This document shows, piece after piece, positions 39,958-50,897 of a stretch of 64,000 bases of DNA. How positions within the stretch are numbered: the first letter of the stretch is position 1; every line of letters begins with the position of its first letter. The DNA is from Candidatus Latescibacterota bacterium (GTDB lineage Bacteria; Latescibacterota; UBA2968; GCA-2709665), in contig CAXXXF010000016.1 in assembly GCA_963667175.2 (NCBI GenBank), positions 96,001 through 160,000 on the forward strand. The letters are read 5' to 3'. The notes beneath the pieces were generated by a model. The model did not search any database. It was not told where the DNA came from and saw nothing but the letters and a program-made list of their open reading frames with translations. The position numbers and the translations under genes were made by a program.

Positions 39958-40075
39958 GCGGTCACCTCGCCATCACTCCCCCCTTGATGGGGGCGCCCTC
40001 ACCCGGCGCTGCGCGCCACCCTCTCCCATAGGGAGAGGGTCTGATTGCCAGGCCGACGGCGCGCCGGAGCGGGGA
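39958..40075. repeat. Composite palindromic repeat, copy 2
   Basis: GCGGTCACC..GCCATCACTCCCCCCTTGA..CCCTCACCCGGCGCTGCGCGCCACCCTCTCCC..GGGAGAGGGTCTGATTGCCAG. Confidence 0.8.
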
Positions 40076-40112
40076 TCTTATGGTCATCTCCTACCGTAAG
40101 AATTCAATGATG

Positions 40113-40307
40113 TCATAGCTTGCCGGATTGCCCTTCGGGTACTGACAGGCCATCTTCCCGGAGTGCGATGACGTATCCGTCGATTGCCTCCCTGATATTG
40201 GCACACGCTTCCTGTCTCGTGGCCCCCTGACTGACACAGCCGATCAGACTGGGGCACTCAGCCACCCAGAAACCGTCTCGACCGGGATACAGTACAGCCT
40301 GTCTCAT
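40113..40307 (-). CDS. HicB-like antitoxin (orphan)
   Basis: WVAECPSLIGCVSQGATRQEA..NIREAI. Confidence 0.85.
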   Translation of the reverse strand: MRQAVLYPGRDGFWVAECPSLIGCVSQGATRQEACANIREAIDGYVIALREDGLSVPEGQSGKL

Positions 40308-40596
40308 CCTGTCCTTTATTCGCTTCGTTGTTTTCGTTCTCGGCCAGTCACTTCGTGCCAACATTTCTGATCTTCTACAGCCGGCGTGAACGCCAACACA
40401 GATGTTTGGATGGGCAGCCGCAGTCTGGTTGCGCGCTTCGAGAACAAATGCAATAATCCTGCCAATGCGCGTTCCAATTCGTTGCAGTGGTCTGCCTGGC
40501 TATTGTTAGCAATATCCACCTGACGATGTCAGAATCTCCGACGCACATTTGGAGCGCCCGGCCTTGCTGCTGTAACGTCACGTAACAACCCGCATC

Positions 40597-40821
40597 TCAC
40601 GCGAATTCGTAGAGTGGCACTGTCGCTGAGGGGCGGCGGTCCTCCTCGAGCACGCTCTCAATCCTTCGAACCGTGTCGAGATTCAGCAGCCCATCGCCGC
40701 AAAAGGAACAGACCTCAGCCGGAACATGGTCGATAACGACCACCTGGCCTTTGCGCCGTACGGTGTGCGTGATGCCTTTCGCTTCGTATTCGCCTGGACA
40801 TCCGTCAATGCTGCATTTCAT
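40597..40821 (-). CDS. YgiT/MqsA-type zinc-finger protein
   Basis: MKC..C...VPAEVC..CG. Confidence 0.85.
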   Translation of the reverse strand: MKCSIDGCPGEYEAKGITHTVRRKGQVVVIDHVPAEVCSFCGDGLLNLDTVRRIESVLEEDRRPSATVPLYEFA

Positions 40822-40880
40822 TGCGATCGTCTCCTTTGGGTCGGAGTAACCCATTTGGGCAGTTTGGGTTCATATACCAC
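40818..40880 (-). pseudogene. C-terminal remnant of a DUF4258-type toxin
   Basis: VVYEPKLPKWVTPTQRRRSQ*, with its stop overlapping the YgiT ATG (ATGA). Confidence 0.6.
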
Positions 40881-40899
40881 ATTTGTACCGATCGAAATC

Positions 40900-43800
40900 T
40901 CAAGCCCAAGGGCCTATGCCTTCCGTGATCTTGCGATACAGGAACTTCTTATCCAACTCCCTTGCACGTTTCTTTACCGCACGATTCAATTCATCCTCGT
41001 TAAGCTGCAAATGAGCCATCTTCATTTCGAAGAAATCGTCCTTTTCCGATACTGCATCGATTTCCTTTCGCATCCACACACGACACCGAGAATCCGCTGA
41101 ACGTAGAAACAGAACCCAGGCGGCGTACGCGGTAGTCGGATCAGGAGCATCGAGATATGCCTTCCACCAATGACGACCGCAAGCTTCGATCCACTTGGAA
41201 CGTGCCGAACTACGGAAAAGCCTTTCATTGTAAGTCTCGAGTTCACCGTCAGGCCAAGCCTCAATGTTGGGCAACGAATTGTTAGCCCGAAAACCATCCA
41301 GTACCGTCGTGCGCATCCGCCTCCACGCAAAGGGCGTGGTCCGGTCTTTTTCGATTACCTCATTGAGCCAATCCGTTTTGTTATTCTCCGATGCGGCAAG
41401 CGCAATTTCGAACAGTGCCAGGTCTGTACGAAAGCACTTTTTCCCCAATATTTCAGCTCGAAGATCCAAGACTTCTGGCGAGTCCAGTACCCGGAAAGCC
41501 AGACGCAGAAGATCTCCGACTTGAATTCGACGAACGATCTGAGCCGTTATCGTGTCAAAAATACCGCGCCAAAAATTCGCACCCCGGTCGGGTTCGTCGG
41601 CGAGTAAGACCTCGCACAGCGTTAAGATTACAGGTGTAGCCAAAAAGACTCGGTGTTCAACCTGAGCGGTACCCCCGGACCAACTGTTTTGCCACTGTTC
41701 GACGTATTCCGGTACATGGGCGAGTATGGATTCGATATCCCGTCTATCGAGTTCTACCGGAAATAGATCGACGCCCTTTCGACGGGCTTCATTTATTCGG
41801 GATGCACCTGTTTCTAGTGCGCGCATACGTGCACGGACATTTGTTAGATCGGATCCCAGTTCGAAGTTGTTCAGGGCGTCGGCAGCCATTGCGGTTCCGA
41901 CGATAGCTGCCGCCAGCCTTACTTCTTCCGGCTTTTCTCCGCGCCGGCGCGCGGCTTCGAGCAAACGCCACGGCGCGAGTCTGGGTGCTAACTCTTCGAA
42001 CGACACCGACAAGGAAGCTTCGATTAGAGAATCAGATCCAGACTGATTATAGTAGAAATGTCTATTTGGACTCCACGACCAACAGCCTTCCAAGAGTTCG
42101 CGACCGAAACGACGCACGTCCGCTTGGTTCATTATCATGAATGCAGGTGTCGAAAGGTCGTCATCTTCATGCAAGGTAAACCTGAGAATCCACGACCACG
42201 CAAATTCGGTAAGTTCGAACTGCTGCAACGCAAGTAGCGTTAGTAAAGCCTGTTGCTGTTTCGGCGGAGCCGAGTCATACTGCCTTATTAGCGTATCCAC
42301 ATCAGCGGCCGTCAAAGGGTTCAGTACTATAGTATAATCACGTAATAATTCCGGAGGGTCCGCCTCGATTATTGCTTCAACTTGGTTCCGACCTTGCAGA
42401 CTCCCTATTTCGATCATTAAGAGTCGGCTTGCGGCGAATGACTCGTTTTTTGTGTCACTTTCTCGTACTTTGCGACGAAGGGCACGTGCCGCTGCTGCTT
42501 CAGCTTCCCCGGAAAGGATAAATTGATTCGTCGCCGAAATAGCGCTCCAATAGCGAGACTCACCTGGGCAAGTTTCAAGGCCTTGGAGTTTGCGACGCAT
42601 AAGGTCGGCAAGCAAATCTGGTGCAGATCGAGCAAGAGCTGGTACGGTTTCTTCGAATCGAACATCATGAATCGTCGGCCCCATGCTTCGGTTCAACTTC
42701 TCAACGTCTAGATTTGCGGCTATTTCGCTAAGTTCGACTATGAAATTGTCGGGTAAATCAAAGGTGGGATCCAACCACAACTCTCCTATTCTCTTTATGC
42801 GGGATTGCACCGGGAGTTCCCGATCCTGAAGGACCTCGTGAGCGTGTTGCCGTTCCAGAGGTAACAAACTTTGGCCTGGATTTGACAAATAGTCTCGCTC
42901 ATAGTTGCGGCCACCACCGATGTCCGGGTCCAGAAGTGCAGCTGCTTTGTCATCCTGCTCGCAACCGGTCAACCAAAGTAATAGCGCGGCAACGCGCTTG
43001 GGTAGATCGGGGTGTACACCGGGTTCCGGAATGCGACTACGGACTTTCTCCGATAAGTCACGCAGACCCTCAGCAGTTTCTTCGGGATCGACTTCGTTTA
43101 ACAAGCAGAGCCATTCCAACGCCTCCCAGCATCCACTATGATCTCCGGCGGCAAGGGCAGTGGCCGCTGCCTCAAAAGCTGGCAACGCTTTATGCAGCGG
43201 AAAGCCTTCAAGAATCGCCGGCACTGTCGACTTAACGAGACCCGGAAACCGATCGACCAGATTGAGTTCGACACCGACAACTGAAATGGTACCGGCACAG
43301 TGAGTTCCGATCATTTTCGAGAGATGATCTTCCCTCCATTTTCTCTGTTCATCGCTCCGTTTTCGCCGAGTGTCAATGTCACGATAAACGGTACCCATCC
43401 AACGTCGTGTACGTTCGACCAAGACTTCAAGGGCCGCGTTGTCCGTCCTCGGAATAGCGCACAACGCCTTTACAGCCCAATGTCGTGCTGATTCATGAAC
43501 ATAGGTGTCCGAATTTTCAACTGCGTCAATCAGGGCTCCGGGAAGATCTGACGCAAGTGCTACGATTTCCTGCCTTTGCGCATCGGTTGCATTCTGATCG
43601 TGTAACCACGCCGTTAGTAGGACCCCGGATGTTGAACTGGCTCCCCGGCCCTGTTCAATTAGAATTGACACTCCCGCACGCAGTATCTCTGAAGTTTGAT
43701 CGAATCCCGCAATCGGATCAAGCCAATTCATTAACTCGACATCTAAGGATTCAAAGTTTTGTGACGTCTGCTTATCGAGATGTGTCACAAGCGAAATTGC

Positions 43801-45432
43801 AAGCGCATGCGCGACGATTGCGGGTTCAAGTACCAAATCGCCTGACGAATTGGCCTTTACGAAACGACCGTCGACAATATCGCTCAGCCGTGCGTAAACC
43901 TCTCGTTCCGTGAGGTCGGGACGGCTCATTGTCTCTCCAAGCGACTTAATCGAATACTCCCGAATGCCATCTCGATATTGTCGTGCTATGTCTTTCAGCC
44001 AGTCTCTCCAATCGACTTCACTGAATGACTCTCCGGCCCGCACGCCAAGCGCGTCACGGCCGTATTCCCAGAGCAATCGGTGCAGTGTTATTGGTTCAGT
44101 TTCGCCAAATCGTCCTCTGAATCGAACAACCAAATCGAAAAGGCGCGGAGTACGTGCCATTTCAAGCACATCCTGGCGAAAATCCTCACGCCTAAGACCC
44201 TCGTACGCCAGCATCTGTTCGATTTCACCGCCAGGCTCGGCATCATAACGTCCAATTTCGATCGGTACAGCCGCTTCTACCAGACCATTCAGTGTAGACA
44301 ACCTATTTTCAAAATGATGCTTCCGCGTACTGACAATCACCCGTATTCTTCCTCTAAATGATCCTGATTGCAGAACTTTCAGCAAATCCAACCACGAAAC
44401 TGACGGCTGCTGATTTAATCCATCAAACCAAACCGTTACAGATGGACCTTCATGTACAGGACGTTTTAGTATACGGTCGAGGCGTCGGTGCCAATGATCA
44501 GGGCTTCTTACATCTGTCAATGCAAAAAGACGTTCTGCCAAAAAACGCTTAAATTCCGTATCCGACACAGCCAGATTTCCGGCCACTGCCGATGATGGAA
44601 TTGTGAGAATTACAGGTTGCTCGCTTCGGTTTCCGAATAACCATTCTAACGTCGTCCAGGTTTTGCCAACGCCTTCACGACCCAACACGACCGCAGGGGC
44701 ATCATCCCGCGCGGATCCACGCCACCAGCGGTCCAGCGAGTCGTGTACATTCTTGCGCTTGACCTTCTTTTCTGTGGATCCTCCCGCGCAATTCTGTCCA
44801 AATACTGCAGCGGACTCTCTCGGGTTATTCCAGATCTCGTTGAGTCTTTCGTGTGATATCTGTCGCAATGATTCGAACCCCAGACACCAGGATTCCAGGT
44901 CGCGTTTTAGTCGTTTAATGGCAGCAACAGATGCAATTTGAAGATCGCGAGCAGCCCGCCCTGCGGCACTTGAAAATATGGTGTCGACTAAATCAGGAGA
45001 AGATGCGCACAACGCTACGAGAGGCCCGATTTCATCGTCCTGCCAATCAAAAGTCAAGATCGGTACGCCATGCCAGTCGCCACATTGATCTAGCGACTGC
45101 CGAATTTGCTCCGGCACTGTACGTGTCGTAACCAAAATCCACGCTTCAAGGGCTTGATCACGTCTGACTGCGTGTTGAATCTCTCCCAGCAGCTTGCGCT
45201 CGTCAAAGCCGGTTTTGTCACTGTACTTCTTGCATTCAAGGCGAAACCGCCTGCCCTGCTGTCCAGCGGGCCCTGCATCAGCTCCGTGTTGAAAGCCCGA
45301 GCGGGCGACTGCAATAGGTACGTTGAGGAGGCGACCGATCAAAGCCGCTACAAGCTTCTCGAACCCGGACGAATCCGTCTCGTTCTGAAGCTCGTGCTTG
45401 AGGTTTTTCAAGGCTGCTGAAATCGTAGACAC
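40900..45432 (-). CDS. Nuclease-STAND NTPase-helical repeat protein (Avs/NLR-like defence candidate)
   Basis: FE...QHGAD...LECKKY (PD-(D/E)xK, Mrr-like); Walker A GREGVGKT; Walker B VWFDGLN; STR; TPRLF; about 1000 aa helical C-terminus. Confidence 0.75.
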   Translation of the reverse strand: MSTISAALKNLKHELQNETDSSGFEKLVAALIGRLLNVPIAVARSGFQHGADAGPAGQQGRRFRLECKKYSDKTGFDERKLLGEIQHAVRRDQALEAWILVTTRTVPEQIRQSLDQCGDWHGVPILTFDWQDDEIGPLVALCASSPDLVDTIFSSAAGRAARDLQIASVAAIKRLKRDLESWCLGFESLRQISHERLNEIWNNPRESAAVFGQNCAGGSTEKKVKRKNVHDSLDRWWRGSARDDAPAVVLGREGVGKTWTTLEWLFGNRSEQPVILTIPSSAVAGNLAVSDTEFKRFLAERLFALTDVRSPDHWHRRLDRILKRPVHEGPSVTVWFDGLNQQPSVSWLDLLKVLQSGSFRGRIRVIVSTRKHHFENRLSTLNGLVEAAVPIEIGRYDAEPGGEIEQMLAYEGLRREDFRQDVLEMARTPRLFDLVVRFRGRFGETEPITLHRLLWEYGRDALGVRAGESFSEVDWRDWLKDIARQYRDGIREYSIKSLGETMSRPDLTEREVYARLSDIVDGRFVKANSSGDLVLEPAIVAHALAISLVTHLDKQTSQNFESLDVELMNWLDPIAGFDQTSEILRAGVSILIEQGRGASSTSGVLLTAWLHDQNATDAQRQEIVALASDLPGALIDAVENSDTYVHESARHWAVKALCAIPRTDNAALEVLVERTRRWMGTVYRDIDTRRKRSDEQRKWREDHLSKMIGTHCAGTISVVGVELNLVDRFPGLVKSTVPAILEGFPLHKALPAFEAAATALAAGDHSGCWEALEWLCLLNEVDPEETAEGLRDLSEKVRSRIPEPGVHPDLPKRVAALLLWLTGCEQDDKAAALLDPDIGGGRNYERDYLSNPGQSLLPLERQHAHEVLQDRELPVQSRIKRIGELWLDPTFDLPDNFIVELSEIAANLDVEKLNRSMGPTIHDVRFEETVPALARSAPDLLADLMRRKLQGLETCPGESRYWSAISATNQFILSGEAEAAAARALRRKVRESDTKNESFAASRLLMIEIGSLQGRNQVEAIIEADPPELLRDYTIVLNPLTAADVDTLIRQYDSAPPKQQQALLTLLALQQFELTEFAWSWILRFTLHEDDDLSTPAFMIMNQADVRRFGRELLEGCWSWSPNRHFYYNQSGSDSLIEASLSVSFEELAPRLAPWRLLEAARRRGEKPEEVRLAAAIVGTAMAADALNNFELGSDLTNVRARMRALETGASRINEARRKGVDLFPVELDRRDIESILAHVPEYVEQWQNSWSGGTAQVEHRVFLATPVILTLCEVLLADEPDRGANFWRGIFDTITAQIVRRIQVGDLLRLAFRVLDSPEVLDLRAEILGKKCFRTDLALFEIALAASENNKTDWLNEVIEKDRTTPFAWRRMRTTVLDGFRANNSLPNIEAWPDGELETYNERLFRSSARSKWIEACGRHWWKAYLDAPDPTTAYAAWVLFLRSADSRCRVWMRKEIDAVSEKDDFFEMKMAHLQLNEDELNRAVKKRARELDKKFLYRKITEGIGPWA

Positions 45433-45730
45433 AATGCTGGCCTGTGCATTGGCATTCGGTTCACGGAGCTGGTTCTGCAGAACTCAACATTTCCGAGTGA
45501 CTCCCAACTGCATTCTTCCAATACGGCATCGACTATTGATTTATCGAGATTGTATATGTACTTGCGCTGCCGGGCACTGTATCTGACGCCGATGTACAGC
45601 CTCAAATGGACTCGTGCCGTAGACGACTTGTACCTTTGGTACCGGAGTGCCCTTCAGATTCTTAGCGACGACGTACTGCATCGAGATTGCACCATTCGAG
45701 CTTGCCCGCTTGCGTCTTCCCTGACCTGGC

Positions 45731-48700
45731 TCAATCAGAATGCCGAAGTATCCCTTGGCTAAACAGTTTTTCCTGGGCGCGCTCGGCGTTTTTCCGGACT
45801 CTTTCGTCGTTATGTTCGAGACCGGCTTTCAAGATCGCTTTTGCATCGTCAGCCGGAATGTAGAAACCGCCACTTCTGGGTAGCACATCCGTCAGCTTGG
45901 CGAAACATCCGACTACCCTTGGAGTATGTTCAGGAAGCATTGCTCGCAATTGTCGAGTCGCATCGTGTGGGAGCCGTGTTTCCGGGTCGTCGTCACGCCC
46001 GTCTCTGAGATTCTTGGTTTCGTTCAGGATTCCACGAATCTTCAAGACCCTCGACAAGGCATCTAAACGCCATTCGGTATCAAGGCATTCAGCTTCGAAC
46101 CATTCAGAAAATTTCCGAAGTTCCAATGCTTCCTCGGTCTTCAATCGCCACTCGAAGAAGGTGACGATTCTGTCCTTTGAACCATTTTCAAGCTGATTGC
46201 CAGCTTTTCGCAATGAATGCCCTACATAGTTAAACAGAGTCGCCCAATGCTCTCTCTTACCATCGCTAGCTTTGTAGAATCCGTTCAGTAGACTACCAGC
46301 GCCTACCAATGGAAATACTCCCCATGTGTAGTATGAAAACAAGTGTTCCCCAATGATGCCCGTGAGATTTCCTAAAACATTCTCCCGATCTCTCAATCGG
46401 TCCAGATGATTCAGGGCGAACTCGAAGTCATCGCGAACATATTCAAAGACTGCCTTATCCGGGTGATTATAGCGAAGAAGGCTACCGAAGGCCCCACGCC
46501 AAGCGGCAAAATTGTGTTGGGGAAACAAGATCGACTTGCGGTCTGATGCCCAATGTTTATCAAGATCGAAAATTGACCGGTAGAGCCTACCCAGGATCAC
46601 GTATTCCGGAATTGTCAGCGGATACGCCGCTTCCGATCCAAACCTCTTTTCGAGGATCGCCTTCAATTCCGGTACGTCCGCTTTGCTATCTTGTCTGCGT
46701 ATCCAGAGTCCAAATTTGACCAGATTCTCCAGCGCGCACCCCCTTGTTGTGTTAATCGCTTCGGTCAATTGATCGTCACGGTTCAATGGTGTCCGATCAT
46801 CTCGATCGAGTAGCCAGTCGTATTGCGTACAGAGCAGGCCCAAGATGGTAACCAAATGTACCCGAAAGTGAGCCGGAACTTCCGCATTGTGTTCCAAACA
46901 CGCCTCTACAAAGTTGCAGACGGCACGCCGCGCGGTATGCCATCGGGGAGACACGCGAGATCGATCCCACAGTTGAGCGACACCGTATGGATGCTCATTT
47001 CTAGGATCCGAGTGCGAGAGCACCCATTCACAAAACGGAAACCATTGTTCGAGTTTGTCGAAGTTCTTCGCCTTTACCTGGTCCCGCATTGCATTAATCA
47101 TCGCCCTGACGTAAATGGGCCGAAGGATGTTTTGGCGATTACTCATCCAGAAATCGAGCCTGTCGACCTGCGGGATTATTGACTCTCTGAAGACAATCTG
47201 AAACGCATCAGCAAGTGCTTCAATGTTTATGTCCGTGAGCCAGTCATCGTTGGGCCGGTGTTCGTCCTGCCACTCGTTTATGTATTCAAGCAGTTGTACA
47301 TCCGATAGCGCCGCAAGTTCTTGGGGCGATCTTGGACTGAGGTTCGTAACCACCCCGCCATTGGATATTCTGCGACGCGAGTAGCTCTCATCCGTTATTT
47401 CATCCTCGGTTTCATCGGCTTCAAGTTCCTGATAGTAGTCCGAATACTTCCCAAAAAGCAGTTGCGCGAACGGTCTGAGTTGCTTTCGATGGAAACCCAA
47501 TGTCTCCCTGCTCAAATCTGGATTCCGTAAATTCGTCACCCATGAAGAAGCGGTAATCCTCCTCTGGAGGGCCGCTGAGGATTTCATCATATATTTCCTT
47601 ACGCTCGTTCTCGGTGAGCAAGTCCTCGCCGAAGTGTTCAGCGGCCAACCTGATCATCCGCTGAAATTCGTAGCCATATCGCAATCGGCCGTATTCGTGC
47701 GCTACAATGAACTCTCGAATCCACGGTTTGGTTTGCTCGCAAGGGTGCAAAGCGTAAAGGTGCTGACGGAGACGCGCGAAAACAGCCCAACGCTGATTGC
47801 GAAGAATTCCGTCCAGAGCCTCAATCGACTCGCTCTCTTGTTCAAAGACCCTTTCACAGACAGAGGTTAGCGTATGGACAAGGGTCTCTTTGGAATCCGG
47901 ATAGTCCGTTTTTGGTTCGTTGAGTCGCGGACACCAAGTTTCCGAATAGTCGGAAATCGTCTCGCTATCAAGATCGTCTTCGTGTATTCCGAAACGAATC
48001 ATAGTCGCCGTTGCGTCAATCAGTATACGGGCGACCTTGTAAGGCTCTTTATCAGCCAGCGGTCGAACGTTCTCGTTAAGGATGTCCGTAAAAATGGAGC
48101 TGAATCTCGGAACCGGTTCAAGTGTCGTCGCAATTAACGAGGCGACATCATGGCCATTCATCTGCCTCTTTTGTTTCTGCTTTTCTTCTGCGTCGGGGTC
48201 AGGGGCAAATTGGACCAGTATTTGCGCAAGTTCAGCGGCAGCATCGGTTTGGTCCGTGGAGATCCAATATGCCAGCAGATCTGGAAATTTAAAGGGAAAG
48301 AACTGGTGTTCGAGTCTCGCGTACTCAAGCATCTTTGGTAGCAGTTGCGCTGATCGCTCGCCGTCGAGTTTCAATGCAATTTCTAGGATATTTGCGTAGA
48401 CCTTCGGATTATCTACGGCCGGCAATTTCAACACCAAGTCGAGTACAACCCGAGGAGCGCACACGCACACATCTTCGAGATATTGAAGTTCCGGCCAAAA
48501 AGGAAAACGGACGTATCCATCTGACAAGTACTCGGCTTTGGGTGGATTCTTGAAGAATCCCCTTTCCTTCAAAAACGGAATCCAAACGGGGTGCGTTGCG
48601 TTTGTAAAGAAGAAGACGTAATTAGCGCCCCTACGTGAAATCAGCCTATAAAGAGCATCTACGTCAGTATCGGAGTGTTCGGATTTACCCAGGATGGACT

Positions 48701-49547
48701 GGATCTCCTGCTGATCCTGCGCCGTAATTGGAGCGAGAAGATCATAGACCAAACGTTCAAGCGTTTCAACATTCTCCATGAACTTCATTTCATCTCTTGC
48801 ACGGATTGACCGATGATGCGCGAAACCTTCCAGCTGACTCCACGTCTTGTGAAACGCATCCCGTTTTCGGTTTTGGATATCAGTTCCCATTTGATCTGCC
48901 ATCGGGTCGATGTTTCTAATCGCAATCTGAATTTGTTCCTTTCGGGACGGCTGTAGATTTAGCTGCAAATATCGATCGATCCTTCTGAGCGTCTCGTCAA
49001 GTCTAGCGTCGATTTTCTTGTCCTTCCAGATTTCCCTGTATCTATTCTTATCGTTCACAAAACGCTCACGTATTCCCTGCCTCATTCCCGGGAAGTCGTA
49101 AGTCTGTACATCGCTTTCGTAGACGACTCGAGGAAGTTTCTCCACGAGCTCTCTCAATGACTGCGCAGCCTGAGAGATCCGGTCCGGATTATATGGGTTC
49201 TCCAAGGCGTAAAGCGCGCCCAAGTACCAATCCCCCAAACGGTACTCTTCAGTTTCAACGCGTCTTAACGATTCCAAAACTTGCAATTGAATGGTGCTGA
49301 GTTGTAGTGGTTTCGGCTGACCTAAACTTACCTGTTGGTCGCCGCCACAAGTGCCCGAAGCGAACCCTTTGGCAGCCTCCTGATCACCCAACCGCTTCCT
49401 TGCATCCAGGATCTCGATACCGGCGAGGCGGTCTGACGCATCGTAGTCCAGCGCGATCCCTTCCTCAACCCTATCCGTCGTCACCGTTGTTTCCTTTAGG
49501 CGGATGTAAAGCGCATCGACCTCACGATCATAAGAAACCTTTACCAT
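45731..49547 (-). pseudogene. DUF2283 fused to a HEPN-like domain and long helical region; one frameshift near 47500 (about 1270 aa if joined)
   Basis: N-terminus YDREVDALYI...DYD..GIEILDA. Then GALYAL..NPDR..AAQSLREL..FAHH. ORFs 47421-49547 and 45731-47590 overlap in different frames. Confidence 0.65.
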
Positions 49548-49554
49548 CGTCGCC

Positions 49555-49806
49555 TCAATAGAATGTGTATACGGTTATGACAACGATCTCAATCTGCTTT
49601 TCAACAAAGATAGGCCTGACTTTCTTTCTCATGTAGAATTCACCATTCCAATTGCTACGAAACGGGAAATCCCTATTGCTAACAAACCTGCATTCATCCG
49701 CCGATCTCCATGCGGAGGAACGAATCGACTCGACAACTTCCTGTTTCGTGGCGCCACGATGCCTCATTTGATCGAGTGCATGATTGGAAAATCGGATTGG
49801 TTTCAA
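49555..49806 (-). CDS. DUF4258 (RelE-like) toxin candidate
   Basis: IRFSNHALDQM..RG...IVVITVY; lies 7 bp upstream of the DUF2283 start. Confidence 0.8.
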   Translation of the reverse strand: MKPIRFSNHALDQMRHRGATKQEVVESIRSSAWRSADECRFVSNRDFPFRSNWNGEFYMRKKVRPIFVEKQIEIVVITVYTFY

Positions 49807-49962
49807 TTGTCCTTAAGTTTTGTCTGAGTTCGCCTGACAAATGATGAGCGAGGTCCAAGCAAGACTCGAGTGGTCTGTGCGGAGATCCCGCGCGGAATCT
49901 CCGCAACGCCGAGGCCTGATCCGAAAGATTCAGAACGTGCGAATGCAGACATTCTCGCATCT

Positions 49963-50897
49963 CTATACTCCGACTCCACGTAGTTCGTTTCCGAGGATGA
50001 GATTTTCTGGTGAGGGAACCCACTTGTCTTCGGTGGGAAGATGCAGTTGATTTCTAAGTTGCCGCTTGTACCGTCGCAGTCCCTCTGTCCTCCCGATTTT
50101 TCGCAGATGCCCGGCCCTCGCAGAGTTCAAATGGATTGAATATTCGCCATCGACGTACAATAAGCCCGTGTCGTACGATCGATGATGAAGAGCGCAGAGG
50201 GCTAAACCATTGCTGACGGCATCGTGGCCTTTTGGATGCGCATGAGGGACAATGTGGGCAGCATCCACAAGATCCAATTGGATCCCACACATCGCACACG
50301 TATGGTCATATACCTCCAACACCTTTTGCCGGAACTGCGGGCTTCGAGGGTATGCAATTCGGGTTAAGGTGACTCTCCGTCTGTTTATTTCAACTGATCG
50401 GTGAAGGGGCTGTCCGAGCGGGGTTTTACAATGAACCTCAAATAGCTCCTCGAGATCTTCGTCTGCGGCTTCATGAAGTACTGATGCGTTTTCCACATAT
50501 ATGCCGATTAGATCGGCCCGGAAGTTGATCACGTTTTGCCCGTCGGTATCGAGATACGTAGAGAATCCTCTTGTCACAGCCATACGCATTGACGATAGAC
50601 GAGTATAAATGGAAAACCGTTGCGCTCGCGGATTACGATCCAGGAATCTATCTGGATCCCAAGCGCTAAACGCCTTCGCATCTGCGGAAAAACCCAAGAC
50701 CAATACTGTGTCCCCGATTTGCCTGTCTTTGGTCAATTTCGTTGGCAGATGGCCTGGACACTGGATCCGGTATTCGTCCGGATCAGAACGTCGAGCAAAG
50801 TGGACATTACCTATGAATACCGAAAGATATCGATCCTTATAGTAGAATCGGTACGGGTTATCTCCACCGACGAAGTACACAGCATGCGTGTGTTGGC
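49963..50897 (-). pseudogene. HNH endonuclease, 3' part (interrupted by IS256-family element)
   Basis: FRQKVL..Y..CAMC..AAHIVP..NGLALC..HH..D; rejoins in frame with 52323-52382. Confidence 0.85.

Noticed and set aside
40316-40590. HicA toxin or other small gene upstream of hicB
   Set aside because: The short ORFs show no HicA-like motif or clear start signals.
36933-50000. Integron cassette array
   Set aside because: Genes are co-oriented, but I could not find convincing RYYYAAC...GTTRRRY attC sites or an integrase by eye.
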